From the human T2T-CHM13v2.0 reference genome, Homo sapiens, in assembly GCF_009914755.1 (NCBI RefSeq), contig NC_060937.1: a stretch of 64,000 bases of DNA; one strand, written 5' to 3'. Below the pieces are notes generated by a model, which saw only the letters and a list, made by a program, of their open reading frames with translations, had not been told where the DNA came from and made no database searches. The translations under genes and the position numbers were made by a program. Of this stretch, positions 14,077 to 30,285 are shown piece after piece. Each line of letters starts with the position of its first letter. Position 1 is the stretch's first letter.

Positions 14077-17000
14077 ATTGTATTCTGTACATAAAATATG
14101 AATGTACATCAAAGATATATTATATTCTGTACATAAAATATCAAAGTACACCAAATATATATTATATGCTGTACATAATATATTAAAGTTGCCCATGCAT
14201 ACATTTTATACTGTACATAAAATATGAAGGTACATCAAATATATAGTATATGCTGCACATAAAATATCAAAGTACCCAAAGTATGTATTATATACTGTAC
14301 ATAAAATATCAAAGTACCAAAAGTATATATTACCTACTGTAAATAAAATATGAAGATACCTCAAATATATATTATATTCTGTACATGAAATATCAAAGTA
14401 CACCAAGTATATACTATATAGTCTACATAAAATATTAAATTACCCAAAATATGTATTGTATTGTGTACATAAAATATGAAAGTAACCAAACATTTATAAT
14501 AAACTGTACATAAAATATCAAAGTACTCAAACTTTATATTATATACTGTACATAAAGTATCAAAGTACCCAAACTGTGTAGTATATACTGTACATAAAAT
14601 ATCAAGGTACCCAAAATGTATATTGTAAACTGTAGATAAAATATCAAAGTACCCAAAATATATATTATATACTGTACATAAAATATGAAGGCTCATCCAA
14701 TATATATTATATTCTGTACATAAAATATCAAAGTACACCAAATGTATATTATATACTGTACATAAAATATAAAACTACCCCAAATATATCTTATATACTC
14801 TACATAAAATATCAAAGTACCCAAAATATATATTATATACTGTACATAAAATATCAAAGTACCCATAGTATGTATTATATGCTGTACATAAAATATGAAG
14901 GTACATCAAATATATATTCTATTCTGCACATAAAATATCATATTGCACCAAATATATATTGTATACTGTATATAAAATATGAAGGTACTTCAAATATATA
15001 TTATATGCTGCACATAAAATATCAAAGTACCCAAAGTATGCATTATATACTGTACATAAAATATCAAAGTACCCAAAGTGTATATTATATACTGTACATA
15101 AAATATGAAGGTTCATCAAATATATTTTATATTCTGCACATAATATATCAAAGTACAGCAAATATATATTATATACTGTACATAAAATATCAAAGTACCC
15201 AAAATATGTATTATATACTGTACATAAAATATGAAAGTAACCAAACATTTATAATAAACTGTACATAAAATATCAAAGTACTCAAACTACATATTATATA
15301 CAGTATATAAAATGTCAAAGTACCCAAACTGTATATTATATACTGTACATAATATATCAAAGTACCCGAATATATAGCATACTGTACATAAAATATCAAA
15401 GTACCCAAAATATATATTGTATACTGTACATAAAATATGAAGGTACATCAAAGATATATTATATTCTGTACATAAAATATCAAAGTACACCAAATATATA
15501 TTATATGCTGTACAGAATATATTAAAGTCGACCAAATATATATTATATACTGTACATAAAATATGAAGGTACATCAAATATATATTATATGCTGCACATA
15601 AAATATCAAAGTACCCAAAGTATGTATTATATACTGTACATAAAATATCAAAGTACCCAAAGTATATATTATATACTGTACATAAAATATAAAATACCCC
15701 AAATATATATTATATCCTGTACATAAAATATCAAAGTACCCAAAATATATATTGTAAATTGTACATAAAATATCAAAGTAGCCAAAATATATATTGTATA
15801 CTGTACATAAAATATGAAGGTACATCAAATATATATTATATCCTGTACATAAAATATCAAAGTACCCAAAATATATATTGTAAATTGTACATAAAATATC
15901 AAAGTAGCCAAAATATATATTGTATACTGTACATAAAATATAAAAGTACCCCAAATATGTATTATATACTGTACATAAAATATCAAAGTACCGATAATAC
16001 ATATTATATACTGTACATAAAATATCAAAGGACCCAAAATAAACATTATATACTGTACATAAAATATCCAAATACTCAAAATATATATTACATACTGTAC
16101 ATAAAATATCAAAGTACCCAAATTATGTATTATATACTGTACGTAAAATATCAGAGTACCCAAAATATGCATTATATACTGTACATAAAATATGAAAGTA
16201 ACAAAACATTTATAATAAACTGTACATAAAATATCAAAGTACTCAAACTATATATCATATACTGTACATAAAATATCAAAGTACCCAAACTGTATATTAT
16301 TATATACTGTATATAAAATATCAAAGTACCTGAAATATATATTGTATACTGTACATAAAATATCAAAGTACCCAAAATATATACTATATACTGTACATAA
16401 AATATGAAGGTACATAAATATATATTATATCCTGTACATAAAATATCAAAGTACACCTATTATATATTGTGTACTCTACATAATATATTAAGTCGCCCAA
16501 ATATATATTGTATACTGTATATAAAATATGAAGGTACTTCAAATATATATTATATGCTGCACATAAAATATCAAAGTACCCAAGGTATGCATTACATACT
16601 GTACATAAAATATCAAAGTACACATATTATATATTATATAATATACATAAAATATGAAGGTTCATCAAATATATATTATATTCTGTACATAATATATCAA
16701 AGTACATCAAATATATATTATATACTGTACATAAAATATCAAAGTACCAAAAATATGTATTATATACTGTACATAAAATATGAAAGTAACCAAACATTTA
16801 TAATATACTGTACATAAAATATCAAAGTACTCAGTCTACATATTACATACAGTATATAAAATATCAAAGTACACACACTGTATATTATATACTGTACATA
16901 ATATATCAAAGTACCCAGAATATATAACATACTGTACATAAAATATCAAAGTACCCGAAATATATATGGTATACTGTACATAAAATATGAAGGTACATCA

Positions 17001-20000
17001 AAGATATATTATATTCTGTACATAAAATATCAAACTACACCAAATATATATTATATGCTGTACATAATATATTAAAGTTGCCCAAATACACATTCTATAC
17101 TGTACATAAAATATGAACGTACATCAAATATATAGTATATGCTGCACATAAAATATCAAAGTACCCAAAGTATGTATTATACACTGTACATAAAATATCA
17201 AAGTACCAAAAGTATATATTACATACTGTAAATAAAATATGAAGGTACCTCAAATATATATTATATTCTGTACATAAAATATCAAAGTCCACCAAGTATA
17301 TACTATATACTCTGCATAAAATATTAAATTACCCAAAATATGTATTGCATTGTGTACATAAAATATGAAAGTAACCAAACATTTATAATAAACTGTACAT
17401 AAAATATCAAAGTACTCAAACTGTATATTATATACTGTACATAAAGTATCAAAGTACCCAAACTGTGTAGTATATACTGTACATAAAATATCAAGGTACC
17501 CAAAATATATATTGTAAACTGTAGATTAAATATCAAAGTACCCAAAATATATATTATATACTGTACATAAAATATGAAGGCACATCCAATATATACTATA
17601 TTCTGTACATAAAATATCAAAGTACACCAAATGTATATTATATACTGTACATAAAATATCAAAGTACCCAAAGTGTATATTATATACTGTACATAAAATA
17701 TGAAGGTTCATCAAATATATTTTATATTCTGCACATAATATATCAAAGTACAGCAAATATATATTATATACTGTACATAAAATATCAAAGTACCCAAAAT
17801 ATGTATTATATACTGTACATAAAATATGAAAGTAACCAAACATTTATAATAAACTTTACATAAAGTATCAAAGTACTCAAACTACATATTATATACAGTA
17901 TATAAAATATCAAAGTACCCCAACTGTATATTATATACTGTACATAATATATCAAAGTACCCAAATATATAGCATACTGTACATAAAATATCAAAGTACC
18001 CAAAATATATATTATATACTGTACATAAAATATCAAAATACCCAAAATATATATTATATACTGTACATAAATTACCAAAGTACCCAAAGTATATATTATG
18101 TAACGTACAAAAAATATCAAAGTAGCCAAAATATGTATTATACACTGTACTTAATATATGAAAGTACCCAAACATTTATAATAAACTGTAAATAAAATAT
18201 CAATGTACTCAAACTATATATTATGTGCGGTACATAAGATATCAAAGTACCCATGCTATATAGTATATACTGTACTTAAAATATCAAAATACCCAAAATA
18301 TATATTATATACGTTACATAAACTATCAAATACACAAAGTATGTATTATATACTGTACATAAAATAGCAAAGTTCCCAAAATATGTATTATATACTGTAC
18401 GTAAAATATGAAAGTACCCAACCATTTATAATAAACTCTACATAAAATACCAAAGTACCCAAACTGTGTATTATATACTGTCCATAAAATATCAAAGGAC
18501 CCAAAATATATATTGTAAACTCTACATAAAATATCAAAGTAGCCAAAATACATATTGTATACTGTACATAAAATATAAAAGTACCCCAAATATATATTAT
18601 ATACTGTACATAAAATATCAAAGTACCCATAATACATATTATATACTGTACATAAAATATCAAAGGACCCAAAATAAACATTATATACTGTACATAAAAT
18701 ATCCAAATACTCAAAATATATATTACATACTGTACATAAAATATCAAAGTACCCAAATTATGTATTATATACTGTATATAAAATATCAGAGTACCCAAAA
18801 TATGCATTATATACTGTACATAAAATATGAAGGTACATCAAATATATAGTATATGCTGCACATAAAATATCAAAGTACCCAAAGTATGTATTATATACTG
18901 TACATAAAATATCAAAGTACCAAAAGTATATATTACCTACTGTAAATAAAATATGAAGATACCTCAAATATATATTATATTCTGTACATAAAATATCAAA
19001 GTGCACCAAGTATATACTATATACTCTACATAAAATATTAAATTACCCAAAATATGTATTGTATTGTGTACATAGAATATGAAAGTAACCAAACATTTAT
19101 AATAAACTGTACATAAAATATCAAAGTACTCAAACTTTATATTATATACTGTACATAAAGTATCAAAGTACCCAAACTGTGTAGTATATACTGTACATGA
19201 AATATCAAGGTACCCAAAATGTATATTGTAAACTGTAGATAAAATATCAAAGTACCCAAAATATATATTATATACTGTACATAAAATATGAAGGCACATC
19301 CAATATATATTATATTCTGTACATAAAATATCAAAGTACACCAAATGTATATTATATACTGTACATAAAATATAAAACTACCCCAAATATATCTTATATA
19401 CTCTACATAAAATATCAAAGTACCCAAAATATATATTATATACTGTACATAAAATATCAAAGTACCCATAGTATGTATTATATCCTGTACATAAAATATG
19501 AAGGTACATCAAATATATATTCTATTCTGCACATAAAATATCATATTGCACCAAATATATATTGTATACTGTATATAAAATATGAAGGTACTTCAAATAT
19601 ATATTATATGCTGCACATAAAATATCAAAGTACCCAAAGTATGCATTATATACTGTACATAAAATATCAAAGTACCCAAAGTGTATATTATATACTGTAC
19701 ATAAATTATGAAGGTTCATCAAATATATTTTATATTCTGCACATAATATATCAAAGTACAGCAAATATATATTATATATTGTACATAAAATAACAAAGTA
19801 CCAAAAATATGTATTATATACTGTACATAAAATATGAAAGTAACCAAATATTTATAATAAACTGTATATAAAATATCAAAGTACTCAAACTACATATTAT
19901 ATACAGTATATAAAATATCAAAGTACCCAAACTGTATATTATATACTGTACATACTATATCAAAGTACCCAAATATATAGCATACTGTCCATAAAATATC

Positions 20001-23000
20001 AAAGTACCCAATATATATATTGTATACTGTACATAAAATATGAAGGTACATCAAAGATATATTATATCCTGTACATAAAATATCAAAGTACACCAAATAT
20101 ATATTATATGCTGTACATAATATATTAAAGTCGACCAAATATATATTATATACTGTACATAAAATATGAAGGTACCTCAACTATATATTATATGCTGCAC
20201 ATAAATTATCAAAGTACCCAAAGTATGTATTATATACTGTACATAAAATATCAAAGTACCCAAAGTATATATTATATACTGTACATAAAATATAAAATAC
20301 CCCAAATATATATTATATGCTGTACATAAAATATCAAAGTACACAAAATATGTATTATGTACTGTACATACAATATAAAGGACCCAAAATATATACTATA
20401 TACTGTACATAAAATATCAAAATACCCAAAATATATATTATATACTGTACATAAAATACCAAAGTACCCAAAGTATATATTATATACCGTACAAAAAATA
20501 TCAAAGTAGCCAAAATATGTATTATACACTGTACATAATATATGAAAGTACCCAAACATTTATAATAAAGTGTACATAAAATATCAATGTACTCAAACTA
20601 TGTATTATGTGCGGTACATAACATATCAAATTATCCATACTATATAGTATGTACTGCACTTAAAATATCAAAATACCCAAAATATATATTATATACGTTA
20701 CATAAACTATCAAATACACAAAGTATGTATTATATACTGTACATAAAATAGCAAAGTTCCCAAAATATGTATTATATACTGTACATAAAATATGAAAGTA
20801 CCCAACCATTTATAATAAACTCTACATAAAATACCAAAGTACCCAAACTGTGTATTATATACTGTCCATAAAATATCAAAGTACCCAAAATATATATTGT
20901 AAACTCTACATAAAATATCAAAGTAGCCAAAATACATATTTTATACTGTACATAAAATATGAAAGTACCCCAAATATGTATTATATACTGTACATAAAAT
21001 ATCAAAGTACCCATAATACATATTATATACTGTACATAAAATATCAAAGGACCCAAAATAAACATTATATACTGTACATAAAATATCCAAATACTCAAAA
21101 TATATATTACGTACTGTACATAAAATATCAAAGTACCCAAATTATGTATTATATACTGTACGTAAAATATCAGAGTACCCAAAATATGCATTATATACTG
21201 TACATAAAATATGAAAGTAACAATACATTTATAATAAACTGTACAAAAAATATCAAAGTACTCAAACTATATATCATATACTGTACATAAAATATCAAAG
21301 TACCCAAACTGTGTATTATTATATACTGTATATAAAATATCAAATACCTGAAATATATATTGTATACTGTACATAAAATATCAAAGTACCCAAAATATAT
21401 ACTATATACTGTACATAAAATATGAAGGTACATCAAATATATATTATATCCTGTACATAAAATATCAAAGTACACCTATTATATATTGTGTACTGTACAT
21501 AATATATTAAATCGCCCAAATATATATTGTATACTGTATATAAAATATGAAGGTACTTCAAATATATATTATATGCTGCACATAAAATATCAAAGTACCC
21601 AAAGTATGCATTACATACTGTACATAAAATATCAAAGTACACATATTATATATTATATAATGTACATAAAATATGAAGGTTCATCAAATATATATTATAT
21701 TCTGTACATAATATATCAAAGTACATAAAATATATATTATATACGGTACATAAAATATCAAAGTACCAAAAATATGTATTATATACTGTACATAAAACAT
21801 GAAAGTAACCAAACATTTATAATAAACTGTACATTAAATATCAAAGTACTCAATGTACATAATATATACAGTATATAAAATATCAAAGTACACAAACTGT
21901 ATATTATATACTGTACATAATATATCAAAGTACCCAGAATATATAGCATACTGTACATAAAATATCAAAGTACCCAAAATATATATTGTATACTGTACAT
22001 AAAATATGAAGGTACATCAAAGATATATTATATTCTGTACATAAAATATCAAAGTACACCAAATATATATTATATGCTGTACATAGTATATTAAAGTTGC
22101 CCGTATATACATTATATACTGTACATAAAATATGAACGTACATCAAATATATAGTATATGCTGCACATAAAATATCAAAGTACCCAAAGTATGTATTATA
22201 CACTGTACATAAAATATCAAAGTACCAAAAGTATATATTACATACTGTAAATAAAATATGAAGGTACCTCAAATATATATTATATTCTGTACATAAAATA
22301 TCAAAGTACACCAAGTATATACTATATACTCTGCATAAAATATTAAATTACCCAAAATATGTATTGTATTGTGTACATAAAATATGAAAGTAACCAAACA
22401 TTTATAATAAACTGTACATAAAATATCAAAGTACTCAAACTGTATATTATATACTGTACATAAAGTATCAAAGTACCCAAACTGTGTAGTATATACTGTA
22501 CATAAAATATCAAGGTACCCAAAATATATATTGTAAACTGTAGATAAAATATCAAAGTACCCAAAATATATATTATATACTGTACATAAAATGTGAAGGC
22601 ACATCCAATATATATTATATTCTGTACATAAAATATCAAAGTACACCAAATGTATATTATATACTGTACATAAAATATCAAAGTACCCAAAGTGTATATT
22701 ATATACTGTACATAAAATATGAAGGTTCATCAAATATGTTTTATATTCTGCACATAATATATCAAAGTACAGCAAATATATATTATATACTGTACATAAA
22801 ATATCAAAGTACCCAAAATATGTATTATATACTGTACATAAAATATGAAAGTAACCAAACATTTATAATAAACTGTACATAAAGTATCAAAGTACTCAAA
22901 CTACATATTATATACAGTATATAAAATGTCAAAGTACCCAAACTGTATATTATATACTGTACATAATATATCAAAGTACCCGAATATATAGCATACTGTA

Positions 23001-26000
23001 CATAAAATATCAAAGTACCCAAAGTGTGTTTTATACACTGCACATAAAATATGAAGGTACATAAAATATATATTGTATTCTGTACATAAAATATCAAAGT
23101 ACTCCAAATATATATTATATGCTGTACATAATATATTAAAGTCGCCCAAATATATATTATATACTGTGCATAAAATATGAAGGTACATCAAATATATATT
23201 ATATGCTGCACATAAAATATCAAAGTACCCAAAGTATGTGTTATATACTGTACATAAAATATCAAAGTACCCAAAGTATATATTATATACTGTACATAAA
23301 ATATAAAATACCCCAAATATATATTATATGCTCTACATAAAATATCAAAGTACACAAAATATGTATTATATACTGTACATAAAATACCAAAGGACCCAAA
23401 ATATATATTATATACTGTACATAAAATATCAAAATTCCCAAAATATATATTATATACTGTACATAAAATACCAAAGTACCCAAAGTATATATTATATACC
23501 GTACAAAAAATATCAAAGTAGCCAAAATATGTATTATACACTGTACATAATATATGAAAGTACCCAAACATTTATAATAAACTGTACATAAAATATCAAT
23601 GTACTCAAACTATATATTATGTGCGGTACATAAGATATCAAAGTACCCATACTATATAGTATATACTGTACTTAAAATATCAAAATACCCAAAATATATA
23701 TTATATACGTTACATAAACTATCAAGTACACAAAGTATGTATTATATACTGTACATAAAATAGCAAAGTTCCCAAAATATGTAATATATATATTATAAAT
23801 ATGTACATAAAATATGAAAGTATCCAACCATTTATAATAAACTCTACATAAAACACCAAAGTACCCAAACTGTGTATTATATACTGTCCATAAAATATCA
23901 AAGTACCCAAAATATATATTGTAAACTGTACATAAAATATCAAAGTAGCCAAAATACATATTGTATACTGTACATAAAATATAAAAGTACCCCAAATATA
24001 TATTATATACTGTACATAAAATATCAAAGTACCCATAATACATATTATATACTGTACATAAAATATCAAAGGACCCAAAATAAACATTATATACTGTACA
24101 TAAAATATCCAAATACTCAAAATATATATTACATACTGTACATAAAATATCAAAGTACCCAAATTATGTATTATATACTGTACGTAAAATATCAGAGTAC
24201 CCAAAATATGCATTATATACTGTACATAAAATATGAAAGTAACAAAACATTTATAATAAACTGTACATAAAATATCAAAGTACTCAAACTATATATCATA
24301 TACTGTACATAAAATATCAAAGTACCCAAAATATATATTGTATACTGTACATAAAATATGAAGGTACATCAAAGATATATTATATTCTGTACATAAAATA
24401 TCAAACTACACCAAATATATATTATATGCTGTACATAGTATATTAAAGTTGCCCGTATATACATTATATACTGTACATAAAATATGAACGTACATCAAAT
24501 ATATAGTATATGCTGCACATAAAATATCAAAGTACCCAAAGTATGTATTATACACTGTACATAAAATATCAAAGTACCAAAAGTATATATTACATACTGT
24601 AAATAAAATATGAAGGTACCTCAAATATATATTATATTCTGTACATAAAATATCAAAGTACACCAAGTATATACTATATACTCTGCATAAAATATTAAAT
24701 TACCCAAAATATGTATTGTATTGTGTACATAAAATATGAAAGTAACCAAACATTTATAATAAACTGTACATAAAATATCAAAGTACTCAAACTGTATATT
24801 ATATACTGTACATAAAGTATCAAAGTACCCAAACTGTGTAGTATATACTGTACATAAAATATCAAGGTACCCAAAATATATATTGTAAACTGTAGATAAA
24901 ATATCAAAGTACCCAAAATATATATTATATACTGTACATAAAATGTGAAGGCACATCCAATATATATTATATTCTGTACATAAAATATCAAAGTACACCA
25001 AATGTATATTATATACTGTACATAAAATATCAAAGTACCCAAAGTGTATATTATATACTGTACATAAAATATGAAGGTTCATCAAATATGTTTTATATTC
25101 TGCACATAATATATCAAAGTACAGCAAATATATATTATATACTGTACATAAAATATCAAAGTACCCAAAATATGTATTATATACTGTACATAAAATATGA
25201 AAGTAACCAAACATTTATAATAAACTGTACATAAAGTATCAAAGTACTCAAACTACATATTATATACAGTATATAAAATGTCAAAGTACCCAAACTGTAT
25301 ATTATATACTGTACATAATATATCAAAGTACCCGAATATATAGCATACTGTACATAAAATATCAAAGTACCCAAAGTGTGTTTTATACACTGCACATAAA
25401 ATATGAAGGTACATAAAATATATATTGTATTCTGTACATAAAATATCAAAGTACTCCAAATATATATTATATGCTGTACATAATATATTAAAGTCGCCCA
25501 AATATATATTATATACTGTGCATAAAATATGAAGGTACATCAAATATATATTATATGCTGCACATAAAATATCAAAGTACCCAAAGTATGTGTTATATAC
25601 TGTACATAAAATATCAAAGTACCCAAAGTATATATTATATACTGTACATAAAATATAAAATACCCCAAATATATATTATATGCTCTACATAAAATATCAA
25701 AGTACACAAAATATGTATTATATACTGTACATAAAATACCAAAGGACCCAAAATATATATTATATACTGTACATAAAATATCAAAATTCCCAAAATATAT
25801 ATTATATACTGTACATAAAATACCAAAGTACCCAAAGTATATATTATATACCGTACAAAAAATATCAAAGTAGCCAAAATATGTATTATACACTGTACAT
25901 AATATATGAAAGTACCCAAACATTTATAATAAACTGTACATAAAATATCAATGTACTCAAACTATATATTATGTGCGGTACATAAGATATCAAAGTACCC

Positions 26001-29000
26001 ATACTATATAGTATATACTGTACTTAAAATATCAAAATACCCAAAATATATATTATATACGTTACATAAACTATCAAGTACACAAAGTATGTATTATATA
26101 CTGTACATAAAATAGCAAAGTTCCCAAAATATGTAATATATATATTATAAATATGTACATAAAATATGAAAGTATCCAACCATTTATAATAAACTCTACA
26201 TAAAACACCAAAGTACCCAAACTGTGTATTATATACTGTCCATAAAATATCAAAGTACCCAAAATATATATTGTAAACTGTACATAAAATATCAAAGTAG
26301 CCAAAATACATATTGTATACTGTACATAAAATATAAAAGTACCCCAAATATATATTATATACTGTACATAAAATATCAAAGTACCCATAATACATATTAT
26401 ATACTGTACATAAAATATCAAAGGACCCAAAATAAACATTATATACTGTACATAAAATATCCAAATACTCAAAATATATATTACATACTGTACATAAAAT
26501 ATCAAAGTACCCAAATTATGTATTATATACTGTACGTAAAATATCAGAGTACCCAAAATATGCATTATATACTGTACATAAAATATGAAAGTAACAAAAC
26601 ATTTATAATAAACTGTACATAAAATATCAAAGTACTCAAACTATATATCATATACTGTACATAAAATATCAAAGTACCCAAAATATATATTGTATACTGT
26701 ACATAAAATATGAAGGTACATCAAAGATATATTATATTCTGTACATAAAATATCAAACTACACCAAATATATATTATATCCTGTACATAATATATTAAAG
26801 TTGCCCATATATACATTCTATACTGTACATAAAATATGAACGTACATCAAATATATAGTATATGCTGCACATAAAATATCAAAGTACCCAAAGTATGTAT
26901 TATACACTGTACATAAAATATCAAAGTACCAAAAGTATATATTACATACTGTAAATAAAATATGAAGGTACCTCAAATATATATTATATTCTATACATAA
27001 AATATCAAAGTACACCAAGTATATACTATATACTCTGCATAAAATATTAAATTACCCAAAATATGTATTGCATTGTGTACATAAAATATGAAAGTAACCA
27101 AACGTTTATAATAAACTGTACATAAAATATCAAAGTACTCAAACTGTATATTATATACTGTACATAAAGTATCAAAGTACCCAAACTGTGTAGTATATAT
27201 TGTACATAAAATATCAAGGTACCCAAAATATATATTGTAAACTGTAGATAAAATATCAAAGTAACCAAAATATATATTATATACTGTACATGAAATATGA
27301 AGGCACATCCAATATATATTATACTCTGTACATAAAATATCAAAGTACACCAAATGTATATTATATACTGTACATAAAATATGAAAGTACCCAAAGTGTA
27401 TATTATATACTGTACATAAACTATGAAGGTTCATCAAATATATTTTATATTCTGCACATAATATATCAAAGTACAGCAAATATATATTATATACTGTACA
27501 TAAAATATCAAAGTACCCAAAATATGTATTATATACTGTACATAAAATATGAAAGTAAGCAAACATTTATAATAAACTGTACATAAAGTATCAAAGTACT
27601 CAAACTACATATTATATACAGTATATAAAATATCAAAGTACCCAAACTGTATATTATATACTGTACATAATATATCAAAGTACCCGAATATATAGCATAC
27701 TCCACATAAAATATCAAAGTACCCAAAGTTTGTATTATACACTGCACATAAAATATGGAGGTACATCAAAGATATATTATATTCTGTACATAAAATATCA
27801 AAGTACACCAAATATATATTATATGCTGTACATAATATATTAAAGTCGACCAAATATATATTATATACTGTACATAAAATATGAAGGTACATCAAATATA
27901 TATTATATGCTGCACATAAAATATCAAAGTACCCAAAGTATGTGTTATATACTGTACATAAAATATCAAAGTACCCAAAGTATATATTATAAACTGTACA
28001 TAAAATATAAAATACCCCAAATATATATTATATGCTCTACATAAAATATCAAAGTACACAAAATATGTATTATATACTGTACATAAAATACCAAAGGACC
28101 CAAAATATATATTATATACTGTACATAAAATATCAAAATACCCAAAATATATATTATATACTGTACATAAAATACCAAAGTACCCAAAGTATATATTATA
28201 TACCGTACAAAAAATATCAAAGTAGCCAAAATATGTATTATACACTGTACATAATATATGAAAGTACCCAAACATTTATAATAAACTGTACATAAAATAT
28301 CAATGTACTCAAACTATATATTATGTGCGGTACATAAGATATCAAAGTACCCATACTATATAGTATATACTGTACTTAAAATATCAAAATACCCAAAATA
28401 TATATTATATACGTTACATAAACTATCACATACACAAAGTATGTATTATATACTGTACATAAAATAGCAAAGTTCCCAAAATATGTATTATATACTGTAC
28501 ATAAAATATGAAAGTACCCAACCATTCATAATAAAGTCTACATAAAATACCAAAGTACCCAAACTGTGTATTATATACTGTCCATAAAATATCAAAGGAC
28601 CCAAAATATATATTGTAAACTCTACATAAAATATCAAAGTAGCCAAAATACATATTGTATACTGTACATAAAATATAAAAGTACCCAAAATATATATTAT
28701 ATACTGTACATAAAATATCAAAGTACCCATAATACATATTATATACTGTACATAAAATATCAAAGGACCCAAAATAAACATTATATACTGTACATAAAAT
28801 ATCCAAATACTCAAAATATATATTACATACTGTACATAAAATATCAAAGTACCCAAATTATGTATTATATACTGTACGTAAAATATCAGAGTACCCAAAA
28901 TATGCATTATATACTGTACATAAAAAATGAAAGTAACAAAACATTTATAATAAACTGTACATAAAATATCAAAGTACTCAAACTATATATCATATACTGT

Positions 29001-29701
29001 ACATAAAATATCAAAGTACCCAAACTGTGTATTATTATATACTGTATATAAAATATCAAAGTACCTGAAATATATATTGTATACTGTACATAAAATATCA
29101 AAGTACCCAAAATATATACTATATACTGTACATAAAATATGAAGGTACATCAAATATATATTATATCCTGTACATAAAATATCAAAGTACACCTATTATA
29201 TATTGTGTACTGTACATAATATATTAAATCGCCCAAATATATATCGTATACTGTATATAAAATATGAAGGTACTTCAAATATATATTGTATGCTGCACAT
29301 AAAATATCAAAGTACCCAAAGAATGCATTACATACTGTACATAAAATATCAAGGTACACAAATTATATATTATATACTGTACATAAAATATGTAGGTTCA
29401 TCAAATATATTTTATATTCTGTACATAATATATCAAAGTACATCAAATATATATTATATACTGTACATAAAATATCAAAGTACCCAAAATATGTATTATA
29501 TACTGTACATAAAACATGAAAGTAACCAAACATTTATAATAAACTGTACATAAAATATCAAAGTACTCAATCTACATATTATATACAGTATATAAAATAT
29601 CAAGGTACACAAACTGTATAATATATACTGCACATAATATATCAAAGTACCCAGAATATATAGCATACTGTACATAAAATATCAAAGTACCCAAAATATA
29701 T
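13493..29701 (+). repeat. super-HOR copy 2 (16,209 bp = 13,857 + internal 2352-bp duplication)
   Basis: The offset to copy 1 is 13,857 up to ~24.4 kb and 16,209 afterwards (10609/26818, 12994/29203, 13525/29734). Confidence 0.95.
22055..26779 (+). repeat. 2 x 2352-bp direct tandem duplication inside super-HOR copy 2
   Basis: ORF pairs 22269/24621, 22901/25253, 23188/25540, 23672/26024 and 23872/26224 are all +2352 with identical translations. The duplication is absent from copies 1 and 3. Confidence 0.95.
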
Positions 29702-30285
29702 ACTATATACTGTACATAAAATATGAAGGTACATCAAATATATATTATATCCTGTACATAAAATATCAAAGTACACCTATTATATATTGTGTACTGTACA
29801 TAATATATTAAATCGCCCAAATATATATTGTATACTGTATATAAAATATGAAGGTACTTCAAATATATATTATATGCTGCACATAAAATATCAAAGTACC
29901 CAAAGAATGCATTACATACTGTACATAAAATATCAAAATACACATGTTATCTATTATATAATGTACATAAAATATGAAGGTTCATCAAATATATATTATA
30001 TTCTGTACATAATATATCAAAGTACATCAAATATATATTATATACTGTACATAAAATATCAAAGTACCAAAAATATGTATTATATACTGTACATAAAACA
30101 TGAAAGTAACCAAACATTTATAATAAACTGTACATAAAATATCAAAGTACTCAATCTACATATTATATACAGTATATAAAATATCAAAGTACACAAACTG
30201 TATATTATATACTGTACATAATATATCAAAGTACCCAGAATATATAGCATACTGTACATACAATATCAAAGTACCCAGAATGTAT
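29118..30285 (+). repeat. 584-bp step-back repeat spanning the copy 2/copy 3 junction
   Basis: ORFs 29150/29734 and 29203/29787 are +584. The junction sequence is the same as at 13456-13492. Confidence 0.9.
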
